Positions 38,852 to 52,400 of a stretch of 64,000 bases of DNA are shown in pieces; positions within the stretch are counted from its first letter, which is position 1, and every line of letters begins with the position of its first letter. Origin of the DNA: Antedon mediterranea (taxonomy: Eukaryota > Animalia > Echinodermata); NCBI RefSeq assembly GCF_964355755.1, contig NC_092678.1, forward strand, positions 388,422 to 452,421, read 5' to 3'. The position numbers and the translations under genes were made by a program. Under the pieces are notes generated by a model. That model was not told where the DNA came from. It ran no database searches and saw only the letters and a program-made list of their open reading frames with translations.

Positions 38852-39629
38852 TCTACTACTAATAAAGGCGACAAAAAAAAAATCTATTGACAAGCAACGT
38901 AAACGCAATACAAAAAATTGAAATCTGTAGGATTTGGATGGCATAAAATAGGAAAATGGCGCCCCCTACATCCAATTCTTTATATAGTCAAAGATCTTAT
39001 ATATATACAAGAACTTTGATATAGTGTACGACCAAAATGCATGCACGTCGCGTGCAATATTCATTGCAATCTCTAGTGGTTTATTAATGCGTGCACGTCG
39101 CGTGTCAATATTCATTGCAATCTCTAGTGGTTTATTAATGCGTGCACGTCGCGTGTCAATATTCATTGCAATCTCTAGTGGTTTATTAATGCGTGCACGC
39201 CGCGTGCCAATATTCATTGCAATCTCTAGTGGTTTATTAATGCATGCACGCCGCGTGCCAATATTCATTGCAATCTCTAGTGGTTTATTAACGCATGCAC
39301 GTCGCGTGCCATTATAATCTCTAGTGGTTTATTAATGCGTGCACGTCGCGTGCCAATATTCATTGCAATCTTTAGTGGTTTATTAATGCGTGCACGTCGC
39401 GTGCCAATATTCATTGCAATCTCTAGTGGTTTATTAATGCGTGCACATATTCATTGCAATCTCTAGTGGTTTATTAATGCGTGCACGTCGCGTGCCAATA
39501 TTCATTGCAATCTCTAGTGGTTTATTAATGCATGGACGCCGCGTGCCAATATTCATTGCAATCTCTAGTGGTTTATTAATGCGTGCACGCCGCGTGCCAA
39601 TATTCATTGCAATCTCTAGTGGTTTATTA
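38852..39629 (+). mobile_element. Short non-autonomous Helitron with its 3' end amplified as a 51-bp tandem repeat
   Basis: A|TCTACTACTAATAAA 5' end; each unit has hairpin GCACG-TCG-CGTGC then CTAG|T; ~12 units. Confidence 0.7.
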
Positions 39630-40734
39630 CAAAATTCGAGGCACCACTGCTGATATACAAAACGATTATGAAGAAAGGTTACAATGTTATTGTAGCGTGT
39701 TACAGACATATGAAGTGCAGTGCAAAGTAAAATGTTAGTTTGTGCATAAAAATAAGATATATCATTTCTACTTCTAACCAACCACCTATGGCCTACTTAC
39801 ATACCTTAACTACTAAAGGACATCTAATAAGGAACCAGGGATGCCAAATAAAGAGAGGTAGATACCATTACATGCCAACAAAAAAAGACAAAATGTACAA
39901 AGTTGAAAAAATGTATTTATTATTATTTATAAAAAAAAAATGAAATTTAAAAAAAATTAATTGCACTCTCATTTAAATTTTTTGTATTCAATATAAATGT
40001 CATAGTTGCATAATGAGCTGACTGACGTCTGGTACGTGAACTCATCTAACCCTGAAGTCGCTTTTGCACTGGTAGCTGTTTGGTCACCTTGCAGGCCTAC
40101 TGGTCACTTTGCAGGCCTACTGGTGGACATGTCCATGAGTGGTCATATGTTATGGTCACACTCATTCTAGTGGCCATCTCAGACTGTAGACTGTATACTA
40201 TTTCTCATGCATTGGGTAGACTAAGCATTGCTTGATGGTAGTAATTCTGCATAAGAATATACACAACTGGTAACTGAAAGAATAAAGTACAACATAGAAT
40301 TATTTTTAATGACGTTTGTTTAAACTGGCCGGCATCATTTAGTTGTTAAAAGTTCAAACTTTCTATCTAAAATGGACCAAAAGCACTACATACACCACTA
40401 AATCCAGTGACCATATTCAAACTGCGTCTCATACTTTTTACTTACAAATAGGATCGTGCCATACACGTCTCGGTTTACCATTAGTTCTTCTTTAACTTCT
40501 TTATTTATTCTGCTAGCTCATCTCTTGGTTTCGTCATGCGCATTCATACTTCTGAAAAAAACAAAATACAGGCTTAATTATTACACGATTTGTTCACCAA
40601 CCTGGGTGGGTGCAATCTAAATATTTCTTATTTTGTACCAATTTGTAATTAAACAGCAGCTTCTAATACAACTAATACCTTTTGTATTTTATGTTCCAAG
40701 GTATATCGTTCCAAGGTATATCATCCTCAAGGAG

Positions 40735-41375
40735 CAGTTCATTCACATTAAATCATCAGTGGGAGTCAACATCATTGGTCAACGTAGAGATGTAGTTCAT
40801 ATTAAATGGGTATCAGTGGGAGTCAACATCATTGGTCAACGTATAGATGTAGTTTACATTAAATCGGCATCAGTGAAGTCAACATCATTGGTCAACGTAG
40901 AGATGTAGTTCTCGTAGCTCATGGACTCATTGGTTTAGTGTGGTAGCCAATATCAATCATCAAAGCTGACAGGGTAACCTAAATGTGGTGAGTGTGTAGC
41001 TCCTTATTTGGTCATCTCGATATAACTAGCTGGCAGAAGTTTTGGTAGCTTAAATGCGTTGAATCCTCTGTAAGTGTGTAGCTCCTTATTTGGTCATCTT
41101 GATGTAACTGGCTGGCGGCAGTTCTGGTAGCCTAAATGCGTTGAATCCTCTGTGAGTGTGTAGCTCCTTATTTGGTCATCTTAATGTAACTGGCTGGCGG
41201 CAGTTCTGGTAGCCTAAATGTGGTGAATCCTCTGCGAGTGTGTAGCTCCTTATTTGGTCATCTCGATGTAACTGGCTGGCAGCAATTCTGGTAGCCTAAC
41301 TGCGGTGAATCCTCTGCGAGTGTGTAGCTCCTTATTTGGTCATCTAGATTTAGCTGGCTGCAGTTCTGGTAGCTT
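40735..41375. repeat. Two tandem repeats: ~55-60 bp x3 (40735-40910) and ~82 bp x5 (40970-41375)
   Basis: gtcaacatcattggtcaacgt and gtgtgtagctccttatttggtcatct recur periodically. Confidence 0.9.
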
Positions 41376-41679
41376 GATTGTTCCAACATCTCGAACAGCA
41401 TCTCGGAAGAAAGTAAAATGTTTTTAAACAAACTTTCTTTTGAAGTTCCTATTCACATTAATACAACAATAACACAAAAAGAAATTTATAAGAACAGCTT
41501 AAAACTTACACGCATAATGGTGTGATTTCAGTGTGGTATTATTCATCATCAACGCTCATCTGTCTACAAAAGTAAAAATATATTTTTAATGAGAGCAGGG
41601 TACTCTATAACGTTAACAGGCCAACTTTGAAGACAGTGAACTACTAAAGTTATGGCTAATACCTTAAGTGTGCATATCC

Positions 41680-43290
41680 TTCAGGAGTGGTCCTCGGTGC
41701 TGACATCGTCCTCCAGTAGTGGTCCTCGGTGCCGACATCTTCCAGGAGTGGTCCTCAGCGGTGGTCCTCCAGTAGTGGTCCTGAGTAGAAGATAAATTTA
41801 TCAATAATAGTTTACAAGAATCTTCAACTATAGTATGGTTAACTTTGCGTTTCAATACTCGTGCCTTCAGTCAATGTGTCCATTGTCTTCTTCTAAGAAG
41901 TGGTCCAGCGCTGACATCCTCCAGTAGTGGTCCTCAGCGGTGACATCGTCTTCCAGTAGTGGTCCTCAGCGGTGACATCGTTCTCCAGTAGTGGTCCTGA
42001 GTAGAAGATAAATTTATCAATAATAATTTACAAGAATCTTCAACTACAAAGGTTAATAACTTTGCGTTTCAATACTCGTACCTTCAATGTGTCCATTGTC
42101 TCCTTCCAGTAGTGGTCCAGCGGTGACATCGTCTTCCAGTATTGGTCCTGAGCGGTGACATCGTCCTCTAGGAGTGGTCCAGCGGTGACATCCTCCAGTA
42201 TTGGTCCTCAGCGGTGACATCATCCTCCAGTAGTGGTCCTCAGCGGTGACATCGTCTTCCAGTAGTGGTCCTCAGCGGTGACATCGTCTTCCAGTAGTGG
42301 TCCTCAGCGGTGACATCGCCCTCCAGTAGTGGTCCTAAATAGAAGATAAATTTATCAATAATAATTTACAAGAATCTTCAACTAGTAAGGTTAATAACTT
42401 TGCATTTCAATACTCGTACCTTCAATGTGTCCATTGTCTCCTTCCAGTTGTGGTCCCCAGCGGTGACATCGTCTTTCAGTATTGGTCCTGAGCGGTGACA
42501 TCATCCTCCAGTAGTGGTCCACAGCGGTGACATCGTCCTCTAGGAGTGGTCCTCTAGGAGTGGTCCTCAGCGGTGACATCATCCTCCAGTAGTGGTCCAC
42601 AGCGGTGACATCCTTCAGTAGTGGTCCAGCGGTGACATCGTCCTCCAGTAGTGATCCTCAGCGGTGACATCGTCCTCCGGTAGTGGTCCTGAGTAGAAGA
42701 TAAATTTATCAATAATAATTTACAAGAATCTTCAACTACAAAGGTTAAAAACTTTGTGTTTCAATACTCGTACCTTCAATGTGTCCATTGTCTCCTTCCA
42801 GTAGTGGTCCCCAGCGGTGACATCCTCCAGTAGTGGTCCAGCGGTGACATCGTCTTCCAGTAGTGGTCCACAGCGGTGACATCGTCCTCTAGGAGTGGTC
42901 CAGCGGTGACATCCTTAAGTAGTGGTCCAGCGGTGAAATCCTCCTCCAGTAGTGGTTCAGCGGTGACATCGTCCTCCAGTAGTGGTCCTGAGTAGAAGAT
43001 AAATTTATCAATAATAATTTACAAGAATCTTCAACTAGTAAGGTTAATAACTTTGCGTTTCAATACTCGTACCTTCAATGTGTCCATTGTCTCCTTCCAG
43101 TAGTGGTCCAGCGGTGACATCCTCCAGTAGTTGTCCAGCGGTGACATCCTCCAGTAGTGGTCCTCAGCGGTGACCTCGTCTTCCAGTAGTGGTCCTCAGC
43201 GGTGAAATCGTCTTCCAGTAGTGGTCCAGCGGTGACATCATCCTCCAGTAGTGGTCCTCAGCGGTGACATCATCTTCCTGTAGTCGTCCT
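41680..43290. repeat. Compound repeat: 27-32-bp units interleaved with five ~85-bp intron-like spacers
   Basis: cagcggtgacatcgtcttccagtagtggtcct units; each spacer reads GT/GC..tttatcttctactcAG on the minus strand. Confidence 0.9.
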
Positions 43291-45587
43291 CCGTGGCAGC
43301 TACTGTTGGTCTCCATCTTGAAGCCAGTCTCTTGGATGTAAAATAAAAGAAACCAGTATCACAAGATACTCATTACCCATTTGTTGTTACTGTTAGTACT
43401 GTGGATTTAATGGATTCCAGAAAATGGAAGGTATTCTTTGTAGAAAAGCGGCCCGTAATAAAAACACAAAAGACATACCCTGTGTTCCTTGACGCTACAT
43501 ACACTGTCTCGCCCTCAATGATCCAGTACCCAACAGCACCTAAATTAGTTTAAAAATAAATTTATCATATCATTGAATGTCCACTGTTTTGGTTTTATAA
43601 GAAAATAGCCTACTGCTGTAAGTCCTTAGTGTAGTGTTATCGAGCAGGCAGATATTCTAACTTACCAGCCTTCGTTATCATCTCAGTTGGAGAAGGAATT
43701 ACTTAGTCTGTGTGGCAACCAACTTCCACTGGTTCATCTACAGATTACGCCTAGAGATATAATCACATTTAATTTTTGTTCATTATCATATTGTTTTTTA
43801 CATGTTTCTTACCTTACTTAAATATGTTGCCTGGACCCCACATTTTAAAACTTAGGCTTCCAGTGGGGTACACCTTTTCTCATTTATTATCTATTATTTT
43901 AGAAAATATTATCTGTACTTTGATTTTATTTGAGAAATAACTTTATTATTGATTGAATACTGGAGTGAGATTAAACCTATTATAATACCATGGTTGTAGA
44001 GTTAGGAGTAATGCAATGTCAGTGAAATATTTTAAACATTAACATTAAGTAAAAATTATCCGTACCTTGCAGTTACCATATGTCAGTGGTATACACAGTT
44101 CATAGGTCACAGGTCAACATTCTATCAAAATTTAATATAGAAATGTATATAGAAATTGTGTACGTCTGGTCAAATTTATTCTCAAAACGGTCATTTATTT
44201 AATTGATGGTTTCTGTATCCCTTTGAGTTAAAATAAAAGAATGAATAAAAAAAAAAATGAATGAAAAATGGATGAGTGAATGCACGTTGCTACCGGTAGT
44301 CTTCCAATTGAATCTGAAACAAAAATTAATGAAATGAAAAAGATGAAATGAACTTGATGACAAATATGATATTTTTTAGAATTAAATGTTAATGAAAAGT
44401 TAAGTGAAACTCAAAGGGAACAGAAACAATAAAAAAAAACAAATAAAAAAGTGTGTTAATATTACCAGTACCGTACCGCAATACTGTGTTGAATATTACC
44501 AGTACCGTACCGCAATACTGTTATGCATATTTAAAATTCACAAACAAAATGTACATACACAACATATTTAAGTTATCTCACGTTTAAAAAAAAAATCACA
44601 ACAAATAATTGTATTTATTTTATGGGAGGAGGGTGTATTAAACTAAATTATAGACCGTTTTGAGCAAGGGATGGGGTGGGGAACATTAGCTAAGACAAGT
44701 TTTTACATAACAGCATACATAATGCAGTTACATTAATTATACTCCACTACTTTACATCTGGGTAGCTGCAAACAGATCTGGTAGCTGGTACCACCACCAG
44801 TACCATTCCAATAACCTGTGAACCAATGTGCTGAGGAAAACAAACAACTTAAGTACAGCTCCAACAAACAACTTAAGTACAGCTTCAACAAACATCTTAA
44901 GTACATCTTATCTACTGTTCTTAATTACAAACTTAATTAAGTATGGAGCTGTACAAATCATCCTGTTATTAGTACGTTTTGAACCAGAAAATTAATATAT
45001 TGATATTATTTTTTTGGTTCCATGTTAGTTCTTACTATGTTTGATGACCACCAGATTATAAATCCAAGGCAAAAATCTTGATATCAAAACAATTTGAAGA
45101 AATTATCCAAATGTAAATATTGATCAGCAAGGGTTTGCAGTAGGATGTCAAATTTTGATATTTTTTATATAGATATTTTTAATTTGATATCATTATTTTA
45201 AGAATTTATCTCACCAACCCACCAAGACACCTGCAAAAAAAAGTTAATATATTCATTGGTCGTGTCACGTGGGAATGTCTGACCACCACATCAAGTTTCG
45301 CCCGTACGTTAATGAAGAGTTTGCAGTTATGACGATGGAGGGACAAATGAGCTAGTTCTCAATGTCCGAAGTTCAAGGTAAGGTAAATTCAAGGTAATAG
45401 AACTGGTATAGTATCGCAGGAAAACTACTCATATAGTGGAATGCAAAATGTAAACAGAGTTTTTAAAATGTATTTTGGATGGGACTGAAAACTTAGCAGA
45501 AATGCGGTGCCGTTATAACATTAACAACATATTTTAATCTTTTAAACAAACTGGACAAATGCACTCTGTAAACTGCGTATGCAAAGA

Positions 45588-47898
45588 GGTCACAGTGCAT
45601 ATCGGCCGCCAGTCATTTCGGCCGCCGGTTATGGAACGCCTAAAATCATGAAACGCCAAAAAGGACAAAATATGTATTGTTCATTTCGGCCGCCAATCGT
45701 CAATATTGTTAACGTATGGCACGCCTCAATTATAAAAAATGGTGTATACATGTGACTATCGCCTGAATAGACGTGCGTATTCAAACAGCAAGCAGCAATC
45801 AACAAAAACGATCATACTTTTTGATTTGTATAGAGTTGCGCTATTTTACTGTCATTCGCCGGCTTCTTCCTGACTGAGCCCTACAACCTCTCAGCCCCTC
45901 CCCCCACCCACAACAACCACTGTGAAATAAAGTAAGTCGTAAACTAATGATTTACACGGGTTTTTGATGATATCGGTCGCGTTTGAAATCGGTCGCCCTA
46001 TTTTGTATGGAGCGGGATGCATGCTAGCGGGATATACATTTTCTTCATTTATATACTAGATTTAATTGATATTTTTTAGGGGCTAGATTATTTATGTGGA
46101 TATTTTTTATTTGGTTATCAATCATTATTAATTTTAAATGTATTTCACAGGTATCGGAGAAGGACTATGTCTTTCCAAAATAGTCATTTCTAAACACGTT
46201 TAAATATTAAATTAGGTAAATATTATATCAGGCATATAATAATTTAGAATATACGTCTGTCCTTTATTATGCAAACAATTACGTAAAAGAGAACAATTTA
46301 TTTAAAAACAATAATTGTTACAATGTATAGCCCGTAAAGCCAGCGTATCCATTGTTATACTTATGCATACTGTGGCAGATTATATCATGTCGTTAACAAC
46401 ATACTATTCGATCACATAATTTTTATTTTTTTATTTTATTTACATACTTTATGTAGGATAATATTATTAAGTGTATAATAATTATTGTTGAGACAAATCA
46501 TGTGTATACTTTTATTTCTAATGTTTAAAATAGTTGTTAGTAAAAATGATCATTATATGCGGATGGTTAAAAGGCGAGTTACTGAAATAAACCCCCGAAT
46601 AAGCCATATTGGGGGAGATGCGCCTTCTATGATCGTGCAGCTGTTTCCTCTAACAATGCGTTATTTTGCTGACGGGGTTTCCCCTTTTTAAAAAGCACGC
46701 ACTTGTTAGTGTGTCAAATCATGGACAAAACACGTACGATCGTTGTCCATGGCCAGGTAAAGATGACGTCTATTACTAATAACCATACTTTTAAAACGTC
46801 TATAGGCCTCCTGCACATGTTTTTGTGAAACGATGTATATAATTTACGTATACTGTACGTCGATACTATAGATTTTAATTTGAAAAATATCTTTTATTTC
46901 TTTATTTACAATAATCATTTAATGTAAATAATTAAGTAAGTAGTCTCACATAACATCCATACGACGTTCGTAAATCTAAATGTTTAAATATCAGTACCTC
47001 TTTGAGAATCGTGTCCACCTTTATTATCCATACATTATTCTCACATCTATCATTGTACATCATAGACATACTGTAGGGCTGGTAGATTGATTTATAACGG
47101 AATATTATCTATATATTTTATTATTATCCTAAACCATGCTCACGTCAGAGTGGCGGATATCGAATGCAAAAATCATCATCATGCATCAAATTCCTTTATT
47201 GCATAAACCTCATTGAGCTGGTATCCACTTGCAGGTATAGAACGAGTTTCGTAATTAACTGTGATTAAAAAATACGCAATAGGCGCGTCTACTAACTTGT
47301 TTAACTATTAAATTATTATTTATTTTCAAAACCTTAAACAACGGCATGCTAAAAGAACACATTACAATTCATTAAAACCTGTAAGATAAAATGGAAACAC
47401 AAATTATTTATAAATAATGAGATAAATATTTATATTTACTGTACTTAAGAAATAACGATCGAGGTTTAAAAAAATGTAACAGTATTATTAGAAATTCCAA
47501 TATTCAAAATTAACTAAAAACATAATGAACGTTTTCATTAAAAATGTAGGCCTATCTAATGCGCCATATACAAATTAGCGCGACCAAAATAAAACGCGAC
47601 CGATATCAAACGTAACTAATAGGATAAAAAGCGTATCTAGCGGCGCTCCATACAAAATACCGGAATGTTTATTTTATCGCGACCGATTTCAAACGACACC
47701 ATTTACACATGTCTATTCAGGCGATAGGCACATGTATACACCCTTTTTGACAAGTAAGTAACAATACGTTATTAACAATATTGACGATTCTGGCGGCCGA
47801 AATGAACAATACATATTTTGTCTTTTTTGGCGTTTCATGATTTTGGGCGTTCCATAACCGGCGGCCGAAATGACTGGCGGCCGAAATGATCAGACACC
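45588..47898. mobile_element. Non-autonomous long-TIR DNA element (MULE- or Merlin-like)
   Basis: ~180-bp imperfect TIRs with catttcggccgcc repeats; GGT..ACC ends; 8-bp TSD TGCAAAGA. Confidence 0.8.
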
Positions 47899-48059
47899 TG
47901 CAAAGACATGCTTCTCCTACTACTTACTACCCGTTCGTCTTTCGACTCTTTTTACTTGTAGGCTTGTAGACCAACGGTGATAGGGCCTGTCATTCGTTTA
48001 CTTAGAAAGTCTAGGCCTACTACTCTAAAACATACTGTAGGCCTTCGCTAAATTTAAAA

Positions 48060-48260
48060 ACTTCTACTTACCTCACTGCGAAACCCATCCAGCTCCTCTT
48101 CTCCGGCCTTCTCGGTGATGCAGTCTTCCCTCATCGCGACGTTTAAACAGGAATGCCGAACTTACCGCGTCAAATTGCCAACTGCTCGCTGCATGCTGGA
48201 AACGAAAATTGTGTCACGCTTGATTGAATTCAAGACCAATACGCAATTTGATTGGACCAT
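48060..48260 (-). promoter_or_regulatory. Candidate promoter and first exon of the minus-strand transcript
   Basis: Local CpG-rich patch; CCAAT at 48236 and ATTGG at 48251; GTAAG donors at 48071 and 48165. Confidence 0.45.
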
Positions 48261-48904
48261 TGTTTAATATATTCAAATGATTAACATACATCTGTATGCT
48301 CACATTTTTGTTGATATTGTTTTAGCGGAAAACATTTATTCTTGCAAATACACAAAATGTCTCATAGAAAAACTCCCAACCGTCCACAATATTGTAGCCT
48401 TAATTTTTTTCCAAGAAATTCATATTCATATTTAGGTGACATGGTTACGTGAATGTCACGCAATTGTCTTACCATAAATTGTACGATGATCGGAAATGAC
48501 CAGACCCTGATGCAAGGTGTCTTTTACAAATACATAAACAAATTGGTTTAAAATCGGAAATAATTTTCCAATTAATTAAAACTTATTTTATTTGAGAAAA
48601 AAAAATCTGAAATTTAAGACAAAAAAAGACTATTAAAACATATGTAAGAAAAATTGAATGAATATATTTCATAATTATGTTTACATGAATCATGATATTT
48701 TGTACATTACTTAATATTTTAAATAACTACACAAGACAAGATAGTGTGTATCATTCTGTACTAACAAAAATTTGAATGTAAAATGTAATTTTTATAACAA
48801 ATATAATAAAGAAAAACATGTGTACATGTCTGGAGAGGGGCATCAGGAAGTGCATTTCTTTTGATAGCCAAAGATAAATTATAAACTTATCTTTGAAAAA
48901 CTAT

Positions 48905-49005
48905 TAACATCACGACGAGTAACTACATATTGGAATAGTTTGCCAACCAAAGTCGTAATTTCTGAAACCACCAACACATTTAAAAACCGATTGGATTCGT
49001 TGTAC
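48905..49005 (+). mobile_element. CR1/L2-like LINE 3' remnant
   Basis: RVTTYWNSLPTKVVISETTNTFKNRLD. Confidence 0.7.
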
Positions 49006-49424
49006 AAACTCTCTAAACTAAACAATATGTTCATTACATTAAAGAGATTGCAGTGTGTTTACCCTCAAGCCGCTGGATGTAACTTTCGTCTTTTAAAATA
49101 CAGCTGTATAATCCACCAACACAAAGGTGTAATACCACCAACACAAAGGTGTAATACCATCAATACAAATAAATATAACATGTAAGCATCTGTAGCATTA
49201 CATTCAACATAATTCATAATCAAGTCCAAAGTTTGACATCTCATGCAATATATTCAACACAGTGCGGTGATTCTATGAGCTCAAAAGTTTTTGTTTATAA
49301 GACATTTCATTCAACGCAACAAGTTTATAAGGTCAAAAGTGTTTGTCTGTGAGACATCTCATGCGCTATATTCAATGCATCGGTATGAAGCCTTAAGTTA
49401 AACAGTTTTTATATGCGAGACATC

Positions 49425-52400
49425 TCATGCATTATATTCAACACACCGCGACGGGTCCGTTGGATATTGTCTCTGGCAAAGAGTCATCAACCTTTTCAAT
49501 CCCTGAAAATAAAAATTTCACTGTAGTGTCATGATGTTTTTGTCTGCATATTATGCCAAAGATTGACAATTATTACCTCATAGACAGTGGTGTAACCGTA
49601 ACCCCAAATCATTTTTTTAGAAACCCCAAGAGGCCTCGGGGATTGTTAGCCTTTTTTAACATATTTTAAAGCCTGTATTTACTGCTCAGGGGCCCCTGCT
49701 TTAGCCAGTGAGCACTCATAGCCGTTACACCACTGCTCATAGACTGACTTTCTTACAAATCATTTTACAAAATCAAAGTACCTGGATGTATTTTCTTTGT
49801 GTTTCATCATTTAGCACATCTTAAAAAAAAAAGTTAAGGAATATTTTTTTTTACAGATTGGAAAACTATTTCACGCCTCTAAAGTCTCATTTGAGTAGTA
49901 GTATAATATATAAATTTTTTTTTCGCAAATTCAATGCATATAAAAATAACATGGAGTATCAAAATAACATGGAGTATCAAAAATAGTAAAAGATTAATGC
50001 AAAATTAACAAACATTGAAGCACTGCAGAATTTACTCAAATTAATTTATTATTATTATAAAAGCATCATTAAAAGGATACGAGCAACGTGTTGTGCGTAG
50101 ATCTTTTCTCTTCCAGTACGAGCATGAATACCCACCATAGTGACTCCTATTGGCCAAGGGGCATTGCCTATTGCCATTTGGAGATAAGCATCATTTGCCT
50201 ACAAAGAAAAATTACAAAAATGTTTAAATAATACATCACTTTGTGTCTATATTTAATTAGGTATCATACACATTAATGTTAATCCATACCTTAATTAGGT
50301 ATAATACACATTAATGTTAATCCATACCTTAATTAGGTATCATACACATTAATGTTAATCCATACCTTCACATAGTTTCTGTCCAATAAAAATCCAACAA
50401 TCAACTTTAAATGTTCCAAGATATCTGTTGCAACATTCTGTAATATTAAACAAAGTGTATTACTAAGTATGTACTGCATACCTCTTCCATATTTCATCCT
50501 TCTAAGTTCCATCCATCCTTCATCCATATTCCATCCATATTTCATCCATCCTTTCATCCATGTTTCATCCTTCCATCCATATTTTATCCTTCCATCCTTC
50601 CATCCATCCTTTCATCCATATTCCATCCATCCTTCCATCCATATTTCATCCTTCCATCCATATTTCATCCTTTCATCCATATTTTATCCTTTCATCCATA
50701 TTTCATCCTTCCATCCATCCTTTCATCCATATTTCATCCTTTTTTAAACATAATGTTAAGACTACTATTGGTATGTACTGTGCAGATATCAAATAATGTG
50801 ATACTTTACCCTTTTCTTAAGTTTCCTTAAGAGTGGCTTAAGATAAGTTTTGGTTTGCGAATGAGTGGCGCTCAGTAACTTTCCTTTTGTACTTCTTTTT
50901 TCTTGTGACGGCCGCTCATTCAAAACTTCTGCCCAAACCTTCAATAAGAACTAGAAAAAGAGTTGGATAAAAAAGTAAAGCTCTGTCTACATTATGAAAA
51001 TAGTTTGACCAAATATGGTAGTGATATGAAGTTGTCGTGTCCATATATGGGCACAACACATGTTTTTTCAACATAAAAGTAGATAGTGTAGACAGAGCTT
51101 AAAGCATGTATCATTTGTGTGAATCAATAAAACTTCTGCCCAAACCTTCAATAAGAACTAAAAAAAGATTGATAAATGAGTCAACAAAAAGTAAAGCTCT
51201 GTTTACACTGTCAAACTACATTTACCAAATATGGTAGTGATATGATGTCATCATGTCACATGTTTTTGTCACATAAAGTTTGATAGTGCAGACAGAGCTT
51301 AAATCAATTTATGTACTTATGACTTTCTTCATAACTTAGCCAACACATTAAGTACCTTTACGTATTTGAGAATGACTTCATGATCGAGATCTTTATCATC
51401 CTTTCCCATGCCTTCTGCTAATTTCATAATATCGTCTAACGTCGTACCATCATCCTCAACCTAAATAATAATAATAACATTCATCAATTATGTTCAGGAT
51501 TTTATATAAGTAGATTATCTTATTGCTGCATGTGTACAATGCTGCGTATAATAGGCTCCAATCTGCTTTTACACGAAACTTGTCACTTCTTCTGATTTTT
51601 CTTTTACAGCGTCATGCGCAATGATCGTTAGAATGGCACTATAAAAATAGAAATTATTGTACAGCCAACTCTCCCAATACCAGACACCTTTAGGCTGGCC
51701 TAGAATGTCTGGTTTTCTCGAAAATTCCATTTTTATAGCGCCATCCCAACGATCATTGCGCATGACGCTGTAAAGAAAAATCAGAACAAGTGAGTTTTAT
51801 TTATACATCATACCTTAATGTCTCCTGCTTTATTTTGTACATTATCACCCTGAGCTTGTACTATTTCATCTAAATACTGTTGATCAAGTTGATCCATGGC
51901 TTCTTTGAAATCATTACGGAACCCCTATATAATAATGAACACATAGTTAATGAACACAGAGTTAATGAACACAGAGTTAATGAACACATATAATGAACAC
52001 AGAGTAAATGAACACAGAGTAAATGAACACAGAGTACATGAACACAGAGTAAATGAACACATAGTTAATGAACACAGAGTAAATGAACACAGAGTAAATG
52101 AACACAGAGTAAATGAACACAAATTAATTCAGATTAGATCAATAGATTAATTGCAAATGCACAAGATAATTTGATTGGTGGATCTAAAAGAATCTGTTAA
52201 ATACTTAGTAGCTACTTAGAAAATTAAACTATACTTTATTTATTTCTGGTTGTAAAATTTCAATTCTCCGTAATCTATGATATGAGTCTGCATCGGTTTC
52301 TCCAAACAAACGTATCGGTTCATCTCGCTCTCGAAGCCTACGAACAACCTAAAGAATTGACAAATATTACGACAATAATATCAATTAAAAGGCATGACAA

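Larger units (their letters stand above)
39910..48200 (-). ncRNA. Putative multi-exon long non-coding RNA
   Basis: Series of minus-strand acceptor/donor pairs; exon 43666-43750 has stops in all three frames; AATAAA near 39915; predicted from signals only. Confidence 0.5.

Noticed and set aside
36718-39781. Repetitive ORFs (ICMCATEATLHSDVE; MNIGTRRARINKPLEIA)
   Set aside because: Artefacts of repeat units that are multiples of 3; open on both strands
40000-48000. snoRNA host gene
   Set aside because: No convincingly spaced C/D boxes with terminal stems seen in the introns; a covariance search would be needed
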